Assembly (NCBI GenBank): GCA_002412495.1
Contig: DHVE01000135.1
Span: forward strand, 22,199-86,198
Length of the DNA stretch: 64,000 nucleotides
Reading direction: 5' to 3'
Source of the DNA: Betaproteobacteria bacterium UBA5216
GTDB lineage: Bacteria; Pseudomonadota; Gammaproteobacteria; Burkholderiales; SG8-41
The stretch's first letter is position 1, and every line of letters starts with the position of its first letter. This document shows positions 19,564 to 29,668 of the stretch, in pieces. The notes below the pieces were generated by a model. It was given only the letters and a program-made list of their open reading frames with translations. It did no database searches and was not told where the DNA came from. A program made the position numbers and the translations under genes.

Positions 19564-20529
19564 CTACAGAGCAGAAAAAAATGCCAGTCCCGCAGTTCCC
19601 ATCCACACGATTATCGCGCCTATCGCCGTAGTCGCCAGGAACCAAATCACGACTCCCCGATTTCCAACCGGCAATTTGCCCGCGTTGATGAAATTTCGGC
19701 TTCCGTTGGTCACGACCAGGTGCGCGCCCGCCGCGGGCACCACCGCACCACGTTCTACCGACCACATACCCGACAGCGTAATCGTGCTCCCCACTACAAT
19801 GACCGTTTCATCGAGCAGCAACGTTTCCGGGTCTTGCTGACTGCCCGCGAGCTTCCAGTCCTTGCGGTACTCCGCGTTGTCGCCCATGGACAATGCGTTC
19901 ATGATTGAAAATACACTGCCCAGTCCGCCCAGCAATCCCGTTTTTTCGTCGAAGGAGGTTGTCGCGATATATTGCCGGGCACGCGCAACGTCATTGGGGG
20001 TGGCGCAACGCGCGGCCGGGGCATCCAGTTGTGGCGGCGCCTGAATACGCAACGCCCGTATGCGAGTATCAACGGTGAATGGGCGGCGCGCATACCCCCA
20101 ATATACCGGCACGATTTCGCGGCGTCGGCTTCCTTCATGCATCCGGTATGTAACATAGTACATGTTATAGAGATATGCCACGCAATCCACGCCCGACAAC
20201 GGTCCCTTCAACACTCCGGCCGTCGCACGCACCTCGCCGGTGGCGATTATCGGCCCATCGGTTTCGGGCACATCATCCCGTTCGGCACGCGCAAGCAATT
20301 CGGCGCGCGGGTCATGGCCTGTGATCAACCGCTTCAGCAACTCCCAAAACGTGCCGGCCGCCAACGTGAGAAAACCCGCCGCCACAAACACCGCCAGTTG
20401 TGTCATATCCGCCCCCGTGCGCGGCGCCATCCATACGTTAAGCACATAGGCAATTCCCGCGTAGATAACAATGTACATCAGGCATCCCATGCCCATGTCC
20501 AGATACGTGTTACTACTCTTGATAAACAT
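19564..20529 (-). CDS. Hypothetical membrane protein, possible GIDE-like domain
   Basis: Two N-terminal and one C-terminal TM segments; L.GPLSG..CVAY and E.VI..G..IT.SG patterns. Confidence 0.65.
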   Translation of the reverse strand: MFIKSSNTYLDMGMGCLMYIVIYAGIAYVLNVWMAPRTGADMTQLAVFVAAGFLTLAAGTFWELLKRLITGHDPRAELLARAERDDVPETDGPIIATGEVRATAGVLKGPLSGVDCVAYLYNMYYVTYRMHEGSRRREIVPVYWGYARRPFTVDTRIRALRIQAPPQLDAPAARCATPNDVARARQYIATTSFDEKTGLLGGLGSVFSIMNALSMGDNAEYRKDWKLAGSQQDPETLLLDETVIVVGSTITLSGMWSVERGAVVPAAGAHLVVTNGSRNFINAGKLPVGNRGVVIWFLATTAIGAIIVWMGTAGLAFFSAL

Positions 20530-20733
20530 GCAGCCTCCGCGATTCGCCCATCAATGCGTATTCGGAATTATTACCACGTGCTTGCGATTCACAAAGCCGA
20601 ACAGGTTGAAACTTCCGCGCGGAGAGTATCCATCACAGCTTGTTCACGCGCGCCCAAGCGGTAAAATATATCGCATTGTCCCGCCAGATCAGACTACACT
20701 GGACTTGGTTTGAAAAATAGCGAGGGGCGCAAT

Positions 20734-21555
20734 ATGAGAAGCATGATCCTTTGGGCATTTACCGGATTCACTTTGTCGCTCGCGCCGCTTGCACTCGCGC
20801 AGTCCGCCGGAAAAATAGTCATTGATGGCTCCACCGGCGTAACTCCTCTGGTGGCGGCCCTGACCAAGGCCTATGTCGAGCAGAACCCGTCCGTGGCGAT
20901 CGACATTGGCAAAGGCATGGGCACACGCGCGCGCATCGATGCCTTACGCGATGGCAAAATCGATATTGCGATGGCCAGCCACGGCCTCAAGGTTGACGAC
21001 ATCACGCGCCAGGGCATGACCGTTCACGAGATCGCAAAGGTCGCCGTGGTGTTCGGCGTAAACGCCGGCGTCGCGGTAATCGACATTAACGACGCCCAAA
21101 TCTGCGACATTTACCTGCTCAAAACCAAGAACTGGAAGGAGCTCGGCGCGGCGGATATCAGCATGGTCCCGTACACCCGGCCGGATACGGAAGTGGACAC
21201 CGAAGTGGTGCGCGACAAAATCGTCTGTCTGGCGAAACTGCAAATGCCCAGCGGTGTGAAGGTCGCGCCCAAGGCTGGCGAGATGTCCGAGCAACTGGCG
21301 AGCTCCGCAGGCGCCATCGGCATGACCACCATGACCATCGTTGAACAAAGCAAAGGGCGCATCAAGCCGCTGGCGCTACGCGGCATCATGCCCACGGCCG
21401 CCAACGTACAGAACAAAACCTACCCGCTGACCCGCGATTCATTTCTGGTCACCCAGGCCGCGCCTCCACCTGCGGTGGCAAAATTCATGGCCTTCGTCGC
21501 CAGCGATGCAGGTAAAAAAGTCATCGCCGCCAACGGCGCGGTGCCCGTGAAATAG
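20734..21555 (+). CDS. PstS-like (PBP superfamily) periplasmic binding protein
   Basis: IDGSTG, DIAMAS, NWKELG, YPLTR; signal peptide. Confidence 0.8.
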   Translation: MRSMILWAFTGFTLSLAPLALAQSAGKIVIDGSTGVTPLVAALTKAYVEQNPSVAIDIGKGMGTRARIDALRDGKIDIAMASHGLKVDDITRQGMTVHEIAKVAVVFGVNAGVAVIDINDAQICDIYLLKTKNWKELGAADISMVPYTRPDTEVDTEVVRDKIVCLAKLQMPSGVKVAPKAGEMSEQLASSAGAIGMTTMTIVEQSKGRIKPLALRGIMPTAANVQNKTYPLTRDSFLVTQAAPPPAVAKFMAFVASDAGKKVIAANGAVPVK

Positions 21556-21568
21556 CGAGGTCGTCCCA

Positions 21569-22603
21569 ATGGTTCAAGCGACAGGTCAACACGACATGAA
21601 CCAGCACCCCCGGATGACAGCCACCGTCCATTGCGCTGCCGTTGTTGCGGTTGCCTTCGCCGTCACATTCGTGCTTGCGCTGGCCGGAGCGCAGCCCGCC
21701 CACGCCCAAAAATACCCCGAAAAAACCATCCGATACATTTCACCGTATCCCACCGGCGCATCCCAAATTCTCGCGCTGCTGGTCACCGAGAAACTCGGCG
21801 CGGCACTCGGCCAAGCGGTTTACGCGGATTTTCGTCCCGGCGCGGGCGGCAACATCGGCCTGGAACTCGCCGCGAAATCTCCACCCGACGGCTACACGCT
21901 GGTGCAAGCCAGCGCGTCAATGACCATCGGCCCCAGCCTCTACAAAAAGCTCCCGTTCAACGCGCTGCGCGATTTTCAGGCGGTATCACAAACCGCCAAC
22001 GTGCCTAATGTGTTGGTGATCCACCCGTCGGTGCCCGCCAAAACCGTGAGCGAACTGGTGAAAGTGGCGAAGGCGCAACCCGGCAAATTAAGTTACGGCT
22101 CCGGCGGCGTGGGATCGAGCAACCATCTGGCGAGCGAATTGTTCAAATCCATCGCCGGCATCAGCATGATTCACGTGCCTTACAAAGGCGCGAGCATCGC
22201 GCTCACGCACATTTTGAGCGGCGAGATCGATGTGGTCACCGTCACCGTGCCGGCGACGATACCGTTCATCAACAGCGGCAAATTGCGCGGCCTCGCCGTG
22301 CTCAACGTCGCGCGCGCACCGGCACTGCCCACGGTGCCCACTTCAAAGGAGGCGGGTTATCCCGATTTACTCATGGATTCCTGGTATGGCGTAATGGCGC
22401 CGGCCGGCGTGCGCCCCGATATCATCGAGCGGCTCAACAGCGAACTACGCAAAATCATGCACGCGCCGGAGACGCTAAAACAACTCAATCGCGTCGGCAT
22501 TGATGCCGTCACCAACACGGCGGCGGAGTTTCAGGCGTTTTTTAAAGCGGATACGGAACGCTGGGCTAAAGTGATCAAGGATGCGAACATACGCATCGAT
22601 TAA
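21569..22603 (+). CDS. Bug/TctC substrate-binding protein, close paralog of 18577
   Basis: KYPEK..R...PYPTGASQIL, HVPYKGASIALTHIL shared with 18577; true start likely 21596 or later. Confidence 0.9.
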   Translation: MVQATGQHDMNQHPRMTATVHCAAVVAVAFAVTFVLALAGAQPAHAQKYPEKTIRYISPYPTGASQILALLVTEKLGAALGQAVYADFRPGAGGNIGLELAAKSPPDGYTLVQASASMTIGPSLYKKLPFNALRDFQAVSQTANVPNVLVIHPSVPAKTVSELVKVAKAQPGKLSYGSGGVGSSNHLASELFKSIAGISMIHVPYKGASIALTHILSGEIDVVTVTVPATIPFINSGKLRGLAVLNVARAPALPTVPTSKEAGYPDLLMDSWYGVMAPAGVRPDIIERLNSELRKIMHAPETLKQLNRVGIDAVTNTAAEFQAFFKADTERWAKVIKDANIRID

Positions 22604-22606
22604 TTC

Positions 22607-23602
22607 ATGAAGAATCATCCCATGCGCAACCCTCGACATCCCATCGCCCTTTTTACAATATTCATGTTGTTGGCGTCACACACTCACGCACAACCAACAG
22701 AGGAAGTCTATCCATCGCGCCCCATACGCCTGATCACGCCCGCACCACCCGGTGGTTCCACCGATTTGCTGGCGCGCTTGATCGGCCCGCGTCTGGCCCA
22801 GGTATTCAATCGCCAGGTAGTAGTCGACAATCGCGGCGGTGGCGGTGGCGTGGTGGCGGCTGAACTCACCGCGAAGGCCGCGCCCGACGGCCACACGCTG
22901 CTGATGGCTTACTCGCAACACACCACCAATGTCAGTCTCAATCCGAAGTTGAGTTACCGCGCGGTGGATGATTACCAACCCATTGTGCATGTCACCAGCG
23001 CGCCGCTGGTGCTGGTGGTCAACACCGGCCTGACCGCAAATTCAGTACAGGATCTGATTACCTACGGAAAGACCAACCCGGGCAAACTCAATTTGAGTTC
23101 GGCGGGTAACGGCAGCGGCGGACACATTGCAGCAGAATTGTTCAAGTACATGACCAAAACCCCGCTTCAGCACATCCCCTACAAAGGCATGGGCCCCGCC
23201 ATCGTCGATGTCGTCGGCGGCAATGTGCAAGGCATCTTCGCCGGCATCGTGCCGGTGCAACCGTTGCTCAAGTCAGGCCGCGTGCGCGCCCTCGCCGTCA
23301 CCTCGGCAAAACGTGTGCCTTCGGCGCCGGAACTGCCCACCGTCGCCGAAGCGGGCGTGCCCGGCTACGAAGTCATCACGTGGTATGGCATCCTTGCGCC
23401 GGCAGGCGTGCCCAAGCCCATCGTCACACGGCTCAACACCGAGATCGTCAAAATTCTGCGCGCGCCGGATGTACAGCAGCGCCTCACCAGCGATGGCGCG
23501 GAAGTGATCGCCGGCACGCCAGAAGCGTTCGAGAAGACGCTGCGCGAAGAGATGGAAAAACTGGGAAGGATGGTTAAGGCTACGGGGGCGCGACTGGATT
23601 AG
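22607..23602 (+). CDS. Bug/TctC substrate-binding protein
   Basis: PAPPGGSTD, APDGHT, HIPYKG. Confidence 0.92.
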   Translation: MKNHPMRNPRHPIALFTIFMLLASHTHAQPTEEVYPSRPIRLITPAPPGGSTDLLARLIGPRLAQVFNRQVVVDNRGGGGGVVAAELTAKAAPDGHTLLMAYSQHTTNVSLNPKLSYRAVDDYQPIVHVTSAPLVLVVNTGLTANSVQDLITYGKTNPGKLNLSSAGNGSGGHIAAELFKYMTKTPLQHIPYKGMGPAIVDVVGGNVQGIFAGIVPVQPLLKSGRVRALAVTSAKRVPSAPELPTVAEAGVPGYEVITWYGILAPAGVPKPIVTRLNTEIVKILRAPDVQQRLTSDGAEVIAGTPEAFEKTLREEMEKLGRMVKATGARLD

Positions 23603-23604
23603 TT

Positions 23605-24591
23605 ATGCTGAAACCCTTTGTATGTATTAGCTTTGCCACATGCGTTCATCTTTGCGCTGTGACAATCTCAGCCGCAACCGCCGCCGACCCCTATCCCACC
23701 CGCCCCATCCGCCTCATAAGTCCCTTCGCCCCCGGCGGCGGCAACGACATTATTTCGCGCTCGCTCGGCGCGGCAATTTCCAAAGGCCTGGGTCAATCCA
23801 TCGTGGTGGATAACCGGCCTGGCGCGAACACCATCGTCGCGATGGAAATTCTTGCGCGTGCCACGCCCGACGGTTATACGTTGCTCACCACCAGCAGTTC
23901 GCAGGCGACGAACGCCACGCTCTACGCGAAGCTGCCATACGATTCGATCAAGGATTTTGCGCCGGTGTCACTGGTGGGCGTAAGTCCGCTGGTGGTGGCG
24001 GTAAACCCGGCGCTGCCGGTCAAGACCGTCGGTGATCTCATCGCGGCGGCCAGGGCAAAGCCCGGCTCGATCATGTATCCGTCGGCGGGCACGGGTAATT
24101 CCACGCATCTGGGCGGCGCTTTGTTTGCGGCGATGGCGGATGTTCAACTCACGCATGTGCCTTACAAGGGCCTCGGCCCCGGGCTGCTGGATTTGATGGC
24201 GGGGCGCTTGCAGGTGGTGTTCAGCACGGCGCCATCAGCGATACCGCACATCAAGACCGGCAGGTTGCGCGGGCTGGCGGTAACGACGGCCGCGCGTTCG
24301 GGGCTGGTACCGCAGTTGCCCACGGTGGCCGAAGCCGGCATACCCGGTTACGAAGCCGGTTCGTGGTACGGCGTCATCGCGCCCGCCGGCACGCCGCGCG
24401 CAGTGGTGGCGCGGCTCAATCAGGAAATCACCGCAGTGCTCGCCACCCCGGATTTTCGTGAGCAGTTGATGGCGGCGGGCGCGGACCCCTCGCCGAACAC
24501 CCCGGAACAATTCGCGGCCTACCTCAAATCCGAAATCGCCAAGTGGGCAAAGGTCATCAAGCTGTCCGGAGCCAAGGCTGAATCGCAATAA
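23605..24591 (+). CDS. Bug/TctC substrate-binding protein
   Basis: PFAPGGGND, DNRPGA, HVPYKG. Confidence 0.92.
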   Translation: MLKPFVCISFATCVHLCAVTISAATAADPYPTRPIRLISPFAPGGGNDIISRSLGAAISKGLGQSIVVDNRPGANTIVAMEILARATPDGYTLLTTSSSQATNATLYAKLPYDSIKDFAPVSLVGVSPLVVAVNPALPVKTVGDLIAAARAKPGSIMYPSAGTGNSTHLGGALFAAMADVQLTHVPYKGLGPGLLDLMAGRLQVVFSTAPSAIPHIKTGRLRGLAVTTAARSGLVPQLPTVAEAGIPGYEAGSWYGVIAPAGTPRAVVARLNQEITAVLATPDFREQLMAAGADPSPNTPEQFAAYLKSEIAKWAKVIKLSGAKAESQ

Positions 24592-24655
24592 ACCCGTGTT
24601 GTAAGGCTGCCGCTCCCGGTTCGACCAAGCCGGAATCACTCTAAGGGAGAAGCCG

Positions 24656-25735
24656 ATGATCACGCCCAAAATTCGCCGTCAGACGGAGTGGAAGCCGCTG
24701 TCGAAAGAAGCCTACCGCGAGCGTTTTTTCGCGCGCTATCAGGACCCGGCGTTCGACAAGCTCAAGCCGGAACTGGAAAAGGTTTTTGAAACCGCGTGGG
24801 ACGGTTACATCGTCTATCGCAAATCGCCGAATCAGCGGCTTGCGGGCGCGGGTTTCGCCGATCCACAACAGAAACTGCCGGTGGAGTGGCTGCAAGCGAA
24901 AGCAGCGATTGATGCCGCCGAAAAGCGCCAGAAAGAAGCCGCTTCGCCGTCGCGCATACTCATCGTCAACGGCTCCACGCGCAGCGAGCACACCTGCCCG
25001 GGCGAAATCTCCAAAACGCGCCGTCTCGCGCAGGCCGTGGAAGAAGTCATCAAGGCCACGCCCGGCTTTGAAGTCGATTTTCTCGATTTATCCACGCTCG
25101 CCGACGAGCCGCTGAAAACCATTCATCCGTGCAAAGCCTGCGTCTCCACATCGATGCCGCTGTGCCATTGGCCATGCTCGTGTTATCCAAATCATGCGTT
25201 GGGGCAAACCAATGACTGGATGGCGGAGATTTATCCGCGCTGGGTGGCGGCGCACGGCGTGTTTGTGTTGTGCCCGATGCACTGGTATCAAACGCCCGCG
25301 AGCCTGAAACTCATGATCGACCGGCTGGTGTGCGCCGACGGCGGCAATGCCGATCCCACCACCACCAAGGGCAAGAATCCGCTGATCGCGAAAGAACTCG
25401 AACTCAAGGGCTGGGATTATCCCAAGCATCTCGCGGGACGCGCCTTCGCGGTGCTTGCGCATGGCGACGCCGCCGGCCCGGAAAATCTGCGTCGCATATT
25501 AAGTGACTGGCTCACCGATCTGGGCATGATCCAGGCCGGCCCGGCTGCCGCCATCGACACGTGGATCGGCTACTACCAACCCTACGCCACCAGCCACGAA
25601 GACCTCGACAACGATCCGGATTTATTCACGCAGGTGAAAAACGCGTCGCACAGCCTCGCCAACATGGTGACGCAAATTCGCAGCGGCGCGTATCAGGCGC
25701 CGAATGCGGGGCTGCATAATCCGAAAGAGAAGTAG
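24656..25735 (+). CDS. Flavodoxin-family/NADPH-dependent FMN reductase-like iron-sulfur flavoprotein
   Basis: LIVNGS.RS..TCPGE.SKT, CKACVS...LCHWPCSCYP cluster, LKLMIDRL. Confidence 0.85.
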   Translation: MITPKIRRQTEWKPLSKEAYRERFFARYQDPAFDKLKPELEKVFETAWDGYIVYRKSPNQRLAGAGFADPQQKLPVEWLQAKAAIDAAEKRQKEAASPSRILIVNGSTRSEHTCPGEISKTRRLAQAVEEVIKATPGFEVDFLDLSTLADEPLKTIHPCKACVSTSMPLCHWPCSCYPNHALGQTNDWMAEIYPRWVAAHGVFVLCPMHWYQTPASLKLMIDRLVCADGGNADPTTTKGKNPLIAKELELKGWDYPKHLAGRAFAVLAHGDAAGPENLRRILSDWLTDLGMIQAGPAAAIDTWIGYYQPYATSHEDLDNDPDLFTQVKNASHSLANMVTQIRSGAYQAPNAGLHNPKEK

Positions 25736-25739
25736 CGGG

Positions 25740-26723
25740 CTACGGCACCCGGATGATGACCTTGCCGAGCAACTGATTGGTATCCACGTAGGCCTTGGCG
25801 GCGGCGGCTTCGCTGAAATCAAAAACGCGATCTATCACCGGCTTGATTTTTCCGCTCGCGAGATGCGGGTAGATTTGTTCCATAAAGCCGCGCATCGGTA
25901 TTGCGCGTTGCCCGGGTGTCAGCGGCGCATTCGAAATGCCCATGACGCTCAGCCGCTTGCCGTGCAGTGATTCGAGATCGATCTCGGCTTTCATCTGCCC
26001 ATCGACGTAACCCACTACCACCTGCCGGCCGAAATCCGCGAGCGCGCGCTGGCAATCCGCAAACGCGCTGCCGCCCACAAGATTCACCGCGAGATCGACA
26101 CCGCGTTTTCGGGTGATCCACAATGCTTCTTCGGCGAATCCCGCGCCTTGCGCACCGTGAATATCGATCACGGCGTCCGCGCCCAGCGCCTTCAGCCGCG
26201 CCCGTTTTTCAGCGGAGCGTGAAACGCCGATGACCCACGCACCCAGCACCTTGGCCATTTGCAGCGCGGCGACACCCACGCCCGACGAGGCGCCTGCGAT
26301 CAGCACGGTTTCATCCCGCTGCAGCTTGCCAAACTGTACCAGCGCTTCATAGGCGGTAATAAACGCCACGGGAATCGCGGCCGCTTCTTCCCACGACATG
26401 TGCGCCGGCACTTTTGCCGCGAGCATCGCATCGACCACGGCGTATTCCGCAAAACAGCCGTGCGCGCGAAACAGTACGCGATCGCCGGTCGTGAATCCGG
26501 CCACGCCGTCGCCCACCGCGCAAACGTCGCCCGCGCCGTCCACCCCCGCGGGCCGCCCGCCCTCGGCGCTGTGACGCTTGATGCGCGCCAGCACATCGCC
26601 CCGGTTGATGGAGGTCGCGCGCATGCGCACCAGTATCTCGCCGTGCGCGGGTTGCGGCACCGGCACGTCGCGCAAGGCCAGCGTGACTTGTTCGCCGGAT
26701 TTTTGGATCCACCAGGATTTCAT
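25740..26723 (-). CDS. MDR-family NAD(P)H quinone oxidoreductase
   Basis: AAAIPVAFITAY, VLIAGASSGVG, GKVII. Confidence 0.88.
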   Translation of the reverse strand: MKSWWIQKSGEQVTLALRDVPVPQPAHGEILVRMRATSINRGDVLARIKRHSAEGGRPAGVDGAGDVCAVGDGVAGFTTGDRVLFRAHGCFAEYAVVDAMLAAKVPAHMSWEEAAAIPVAFITAYEALVQFGKLQRDETVLIAGASSGVGVAALQMAKVLGAWVIGVSRSAEKRARLKALGADAVIDIHGAQGAGFAEEALWITRKRGVDLAVNLVGGSAFADCQRALADFGRQVVVGYVDGQMKAEIDLESLHGKRLSVMGISNAPLTPGQRAIPMRGFMEQIYPHLASGKIKPVIDRVFDFSEAAAAKAYVDTNQLLGKVIIRVP

Positions 26724-26754
26724 TGACGCGTGGGTGCTGCGGCGCAAATTGGCA

Positions 26755-27717
26755 TTACTCGACCTTGATGCCCACTTCCTTGATGATCTTCGCCCAAGTG
26801 CCAATCTCGCGCTTGATGAACGCGCCGAATTCCTCCGGCGTGTTGCCCACCGGCTCGGCGCCCAGCGCGATGATGCGATCGCGCACGTCGGGAATCGCCG
26901 CTGCCTTGGAAATGGATTGATACAAGCGGTCTATCGCCGCCCGTGGCGTACCCGTGGGTACCAGCGCGCCGTTCCATTCATTGGCCTCAAAGCCCGGCAC
27001 GGCAGCTTCGGCGATGCTCGGCACGTTGGGCAGCGCGACACTGCGCTTCAGGCTCGACACGCCCAGCGCACGTAGCTTGCCGGTGGAGAAATGCTGGATT
27101 GACGATGGAATGGTGGCGAACAACAGCGCGGTTTCGCCGGAGAGCAGCGCGATCACCGCCGGGCCACCACCTTTGTATGGCACGTGGGTCATCTTGATGC
27201 CAGTGGCGGAGCTGAAGCGCTCGGTCGCCAGATGGTTGGCGCTGACGTTGCCTGCCGAAGCGTAGTTCATCACGCCCGGTTGCGCCTTGGCGAGCGCGAT
27301 CAGGTCCTTCACCGACTTCGCCGGCACCGACGGATGCACCGACAGCACCAGCGTCACCATCGACATCAGCGACACCGGCAGCAAATCCTTTTCGGAGTCG
27401 TACGGCATTTTCTTCATCAGACTCGGGTTCGCACAAAAGGTAATGTTCGCAACGCCTATGGTGTGGCCGTCGGGTTGCGCCTTGGCCGCAATGTCCGTGC
27501 CGATTGTGGATGAGCCCCCCGGGCGATTTTCAACGATCACCTGCTGCCCCAGTATTTCGCTCATGCGCGGCGCGAGGATACGCATTACGACATCCGTTGA
27601 GCCGCCCGGCGCATAAGGCACGATGGCGCGTATGGCACGCGTGGGATATTGCTGCGCGGCGGCGCCGGCACTGATCGCCACGCCCGCCATGAATGTAACC
27701 AATTGTTTTAATTGCAT
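26755..27717 (-). CDS. Bug/TctC substrate-binding protein
   Basis: PYAPGGSTD, HVPYKGGGP. Confidence 0.92.
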   Translation of the reverse strand: MQLKQLVTFMAGVAISAGAAAQQYPTRAIRAIVPYAPGGSTDVVMRILAPRMSEILGQQVIVENRPGGSSTIGTDIAAKAQPDGHTIGVANITFCANPSLMKKMPYDSEKDLLPVSLMSMVTLVLSVHPSVPAKSVKDLIALAKAQPGVMNYASAGNVSANHLATERFSSATGIKMTHVPYKGGGPAVIALLSGETALLFATIPSSIQHFSTGKLRALGVSSLKRSVALPNVPSIAEAAVPGFEANEWNGALVPTGTPRAAIDRLYQSISKAAAIPDVRDRIIALGAEPVGNTPEEFGAFIKREIGTWAKIIKEVGIKVE

Positions 27718-27867
27718 TTAATTTCCTTCTTAAACGGAAGACATCACACTGACGAATACCCATTTCACGCTCAATCCTACCGCACTTCACCCGCGAAGAA
27801 ACGGCGCGTCCGACAACACCTCGTGTTGCGGGCCTTGCTATGGACACCATAAAGACGTTACGGCAAT

Positions 27868-28443
27868 CTAAAAACCCATACCCTTGCCGACCCCGAGCAA
27901 TGTTGCAATACCCAACATAGCAAATATCGCCGCAGCGATAGTACGAACCAGGCGGACCGGCATGTGGTGCGCTATGCGCTTGCCCAGCAGCACCGCCGGC
28001 ACGTTGGCGAGCATCATACCCAGCGTGGTGCCGGCCAACACGGCGAAAAAGGCGTGATACTGTGCCGCCAGCGCCACCGTCGCCACCTGCGTTTTGTCAC
28101 CCATCTCCGCCAGAAAAAAAGCAATCAGCGTGGTGACGAATACGCCAGTACGCGCGAACGTTGCGTCGTCTTTGTCGAGTTTATCCGGGACCAATGTCCA
28201 GAGGGCCATGCCAATGAACGACAGGCCGAGTAGCCAGCGCAGGATTTCCGGGCTCATCAGCGCGGGCAACCAAGCGCCCAGCGCCGCAGCGCCCGCGTGA
28301 TTAGCCAGTGTGGCAACCAGAATACCGAGAATAATGGGCGCCGGCTTGCGGTACTTGGCTGCGAGGATAAAGGCGAGCAGTTGGGTTTTATCGCCGATTT
28401 CAGCCAGGGCGACAATGCCGGTCGAGATGAGGAAGGCTTCCAC
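27868..28443 (-). CDS. TMEM165/GDT1 (UPF0016) family Mn2+/Ca2+ exporter
   Basis: Two EIGDKTQ/EMGDKTQ repeats; GTG start; upstream yybP-ykoY riboswitch. Confidence 0.92.
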   Translation of the reverse strand: MEAFLISTGIVALAEIGDKTQLLAFILAAKYRKPAPIILGILVATLANHAGAAALGAWLPALMSPEILRWLLGLSFIGMALWTLVPDKLDKDDATFARTGVFVTTLIAFFLAEMGDKTQVATVALAAQYHAFFAVLAGTTLGMMLANVPAVLLGKRIAHHMPVRLVRTIAAAIFAMLGIATLLGVGKGMGF

Positions 28444-28526
28444 TAAAACTCCCTGGCCGGAGCGAACGTTAGACGAATGACCACACCGCTGATCCGGCCA
28501 AAGTAGAATCTTCGGAGGCGTTGTGG

Positions 28527-28660
28527 TCAAAGGTCTTGCCAGGTTCGGCTCGGTACAACGAAAAAGCACCAAGCCGGGAAACTGCCTGCACCATGGCCGG
28601 ATGGCCAAGTATGTTGACGCAAGCCCCTGCATGCCGCGCAGGGCGACTACTCCCCAATGA
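28527..28660 (-). ncRNA. yybP-ykoY manganese riboswitch
   Basis: Minus strand TTGGGGAGTAG...CGTCAACATAC...GGCAAGACCTTTGA matches family landmarks; lies 5' of a UPF0016 gene. Confidence 0.9.
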
Positions 28661-28711
28661 CTCGCTTATTCTATCGGGCGGTGGGGCAAGCGTCTATGCC
28701 ACCTACTCCAC

Positions 28712-29668
28712 TTACTCCACCTTTAGCCCTGTTTCGCGCACAATTTTTCCCCATTTGGCATGATCCGCTTTCAGCAAGGCGGCAAACGCCTCCGGCCCTG
28801 GCGCCACCGCTTCGCCGGCACTGGCTAAACGTTCGCGCATATCGGGCCGGCTCAGTACGCGCGATGTCTCTTCACTCAAACGCGCAATGATGGCGGCAGG
28901 CGTTTTCGCCGTCGTCAAGAATCCGAACCATGTGCTGGCCTCGACACCCTTATAGCCTGCCTCCGCGACCGTCGGTACATTTTTTAGCGCGGGCACCCGA
29001 TTGGCGGATGTCACTGCAAGCACGCGTATCGTGCCTCCGTTCACCTGCGGCAACGCCGTCTCGACCGACGAATGAAACACCGTGATGCGTCCGCCCAGCA
29101 AATCAGGAAACGCCACCGCAGCGCCTTTATACGGCACGTGAATCAGCTTTACACCCGCCGCGCGTTGCAGCAACTCGCCGCTCAAGTGTCCGATCGTGCC
29201 ATTGCCGGTGGAAGCCAGCGTCAGCGTGCCCGGCTTGCTTTTGGCGGCATCGATCAGTTCGCTCAATTTGGCATACGGCGATTTCGCCCACACCATGATT
29301 GCAATCGGCATCGACGACACCAGCGACACCGGAGCGAAGTCGCGCAATGAATCATACGGCAGCTTCGAATACAAATTGGGATTTACCGCCAGATTGCTCG
29401 TTTGCCCCATCACCATGGTGTAGCCGTCGGGCGCGGCTTTCGCCGCCAGATCAAGACCGATATTGCCTCCCGCGCCGGGCCGGTTATCAAACACAAACTG
29501 CCAGCCCAACCCTTTGGTCAGCTCGTTCGCCACCATGCGCGCGAGAATGTCGGTGCCGCCGCCCGGTGGAAACGGCACGATCATCCGTATGGGTTTTTCA
29601 GGGTAGGCCGCGTGCGCGACATTAAACACACACCACAGGGACATCGCGCCGAAAACGATTCGTTGCAT
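28712..29668 (-). CDS. Bug/TctC substrate-binding protein
   Basis: PFPPGGGTD, DNRPGAGG, HVPYKGA. Confidence 0.92.
   Translation of the reverse strand: MQRIVFGAMSLWCVFNVAHAAYPEKPIRMIVPFPPGGGTDILARMVANELTKGLGWQFVFDNRPGAGGNIGLDLAAKAAPDGYTMVMGQTSNLAVNPNLYSKLPYDSLRDFAPVSLVSSMPIAIMVWAKSPYAKLSELIDAAKSKPGTLTLASTGNGTIGHLSGELLQRAAGVKLIHVPYKGAAVAFPDLLGGRITVFHSSVETALPQVNGGTIRVLAVTSANRVPALKNVPTVAEAGYKGVEASTWFGFLTTAKTPAAIIARLSEETSRVLSRPDMRERLASAGEAVAPGPEAFAALLKADHAKWGKIVRETGLKVE

Noticed and set aside
28444-28632. N-terminal extension of the UPF0016 ORF
   Set aside because: The region is the riboswitch leader; family-like sequence begins at GTG 28443
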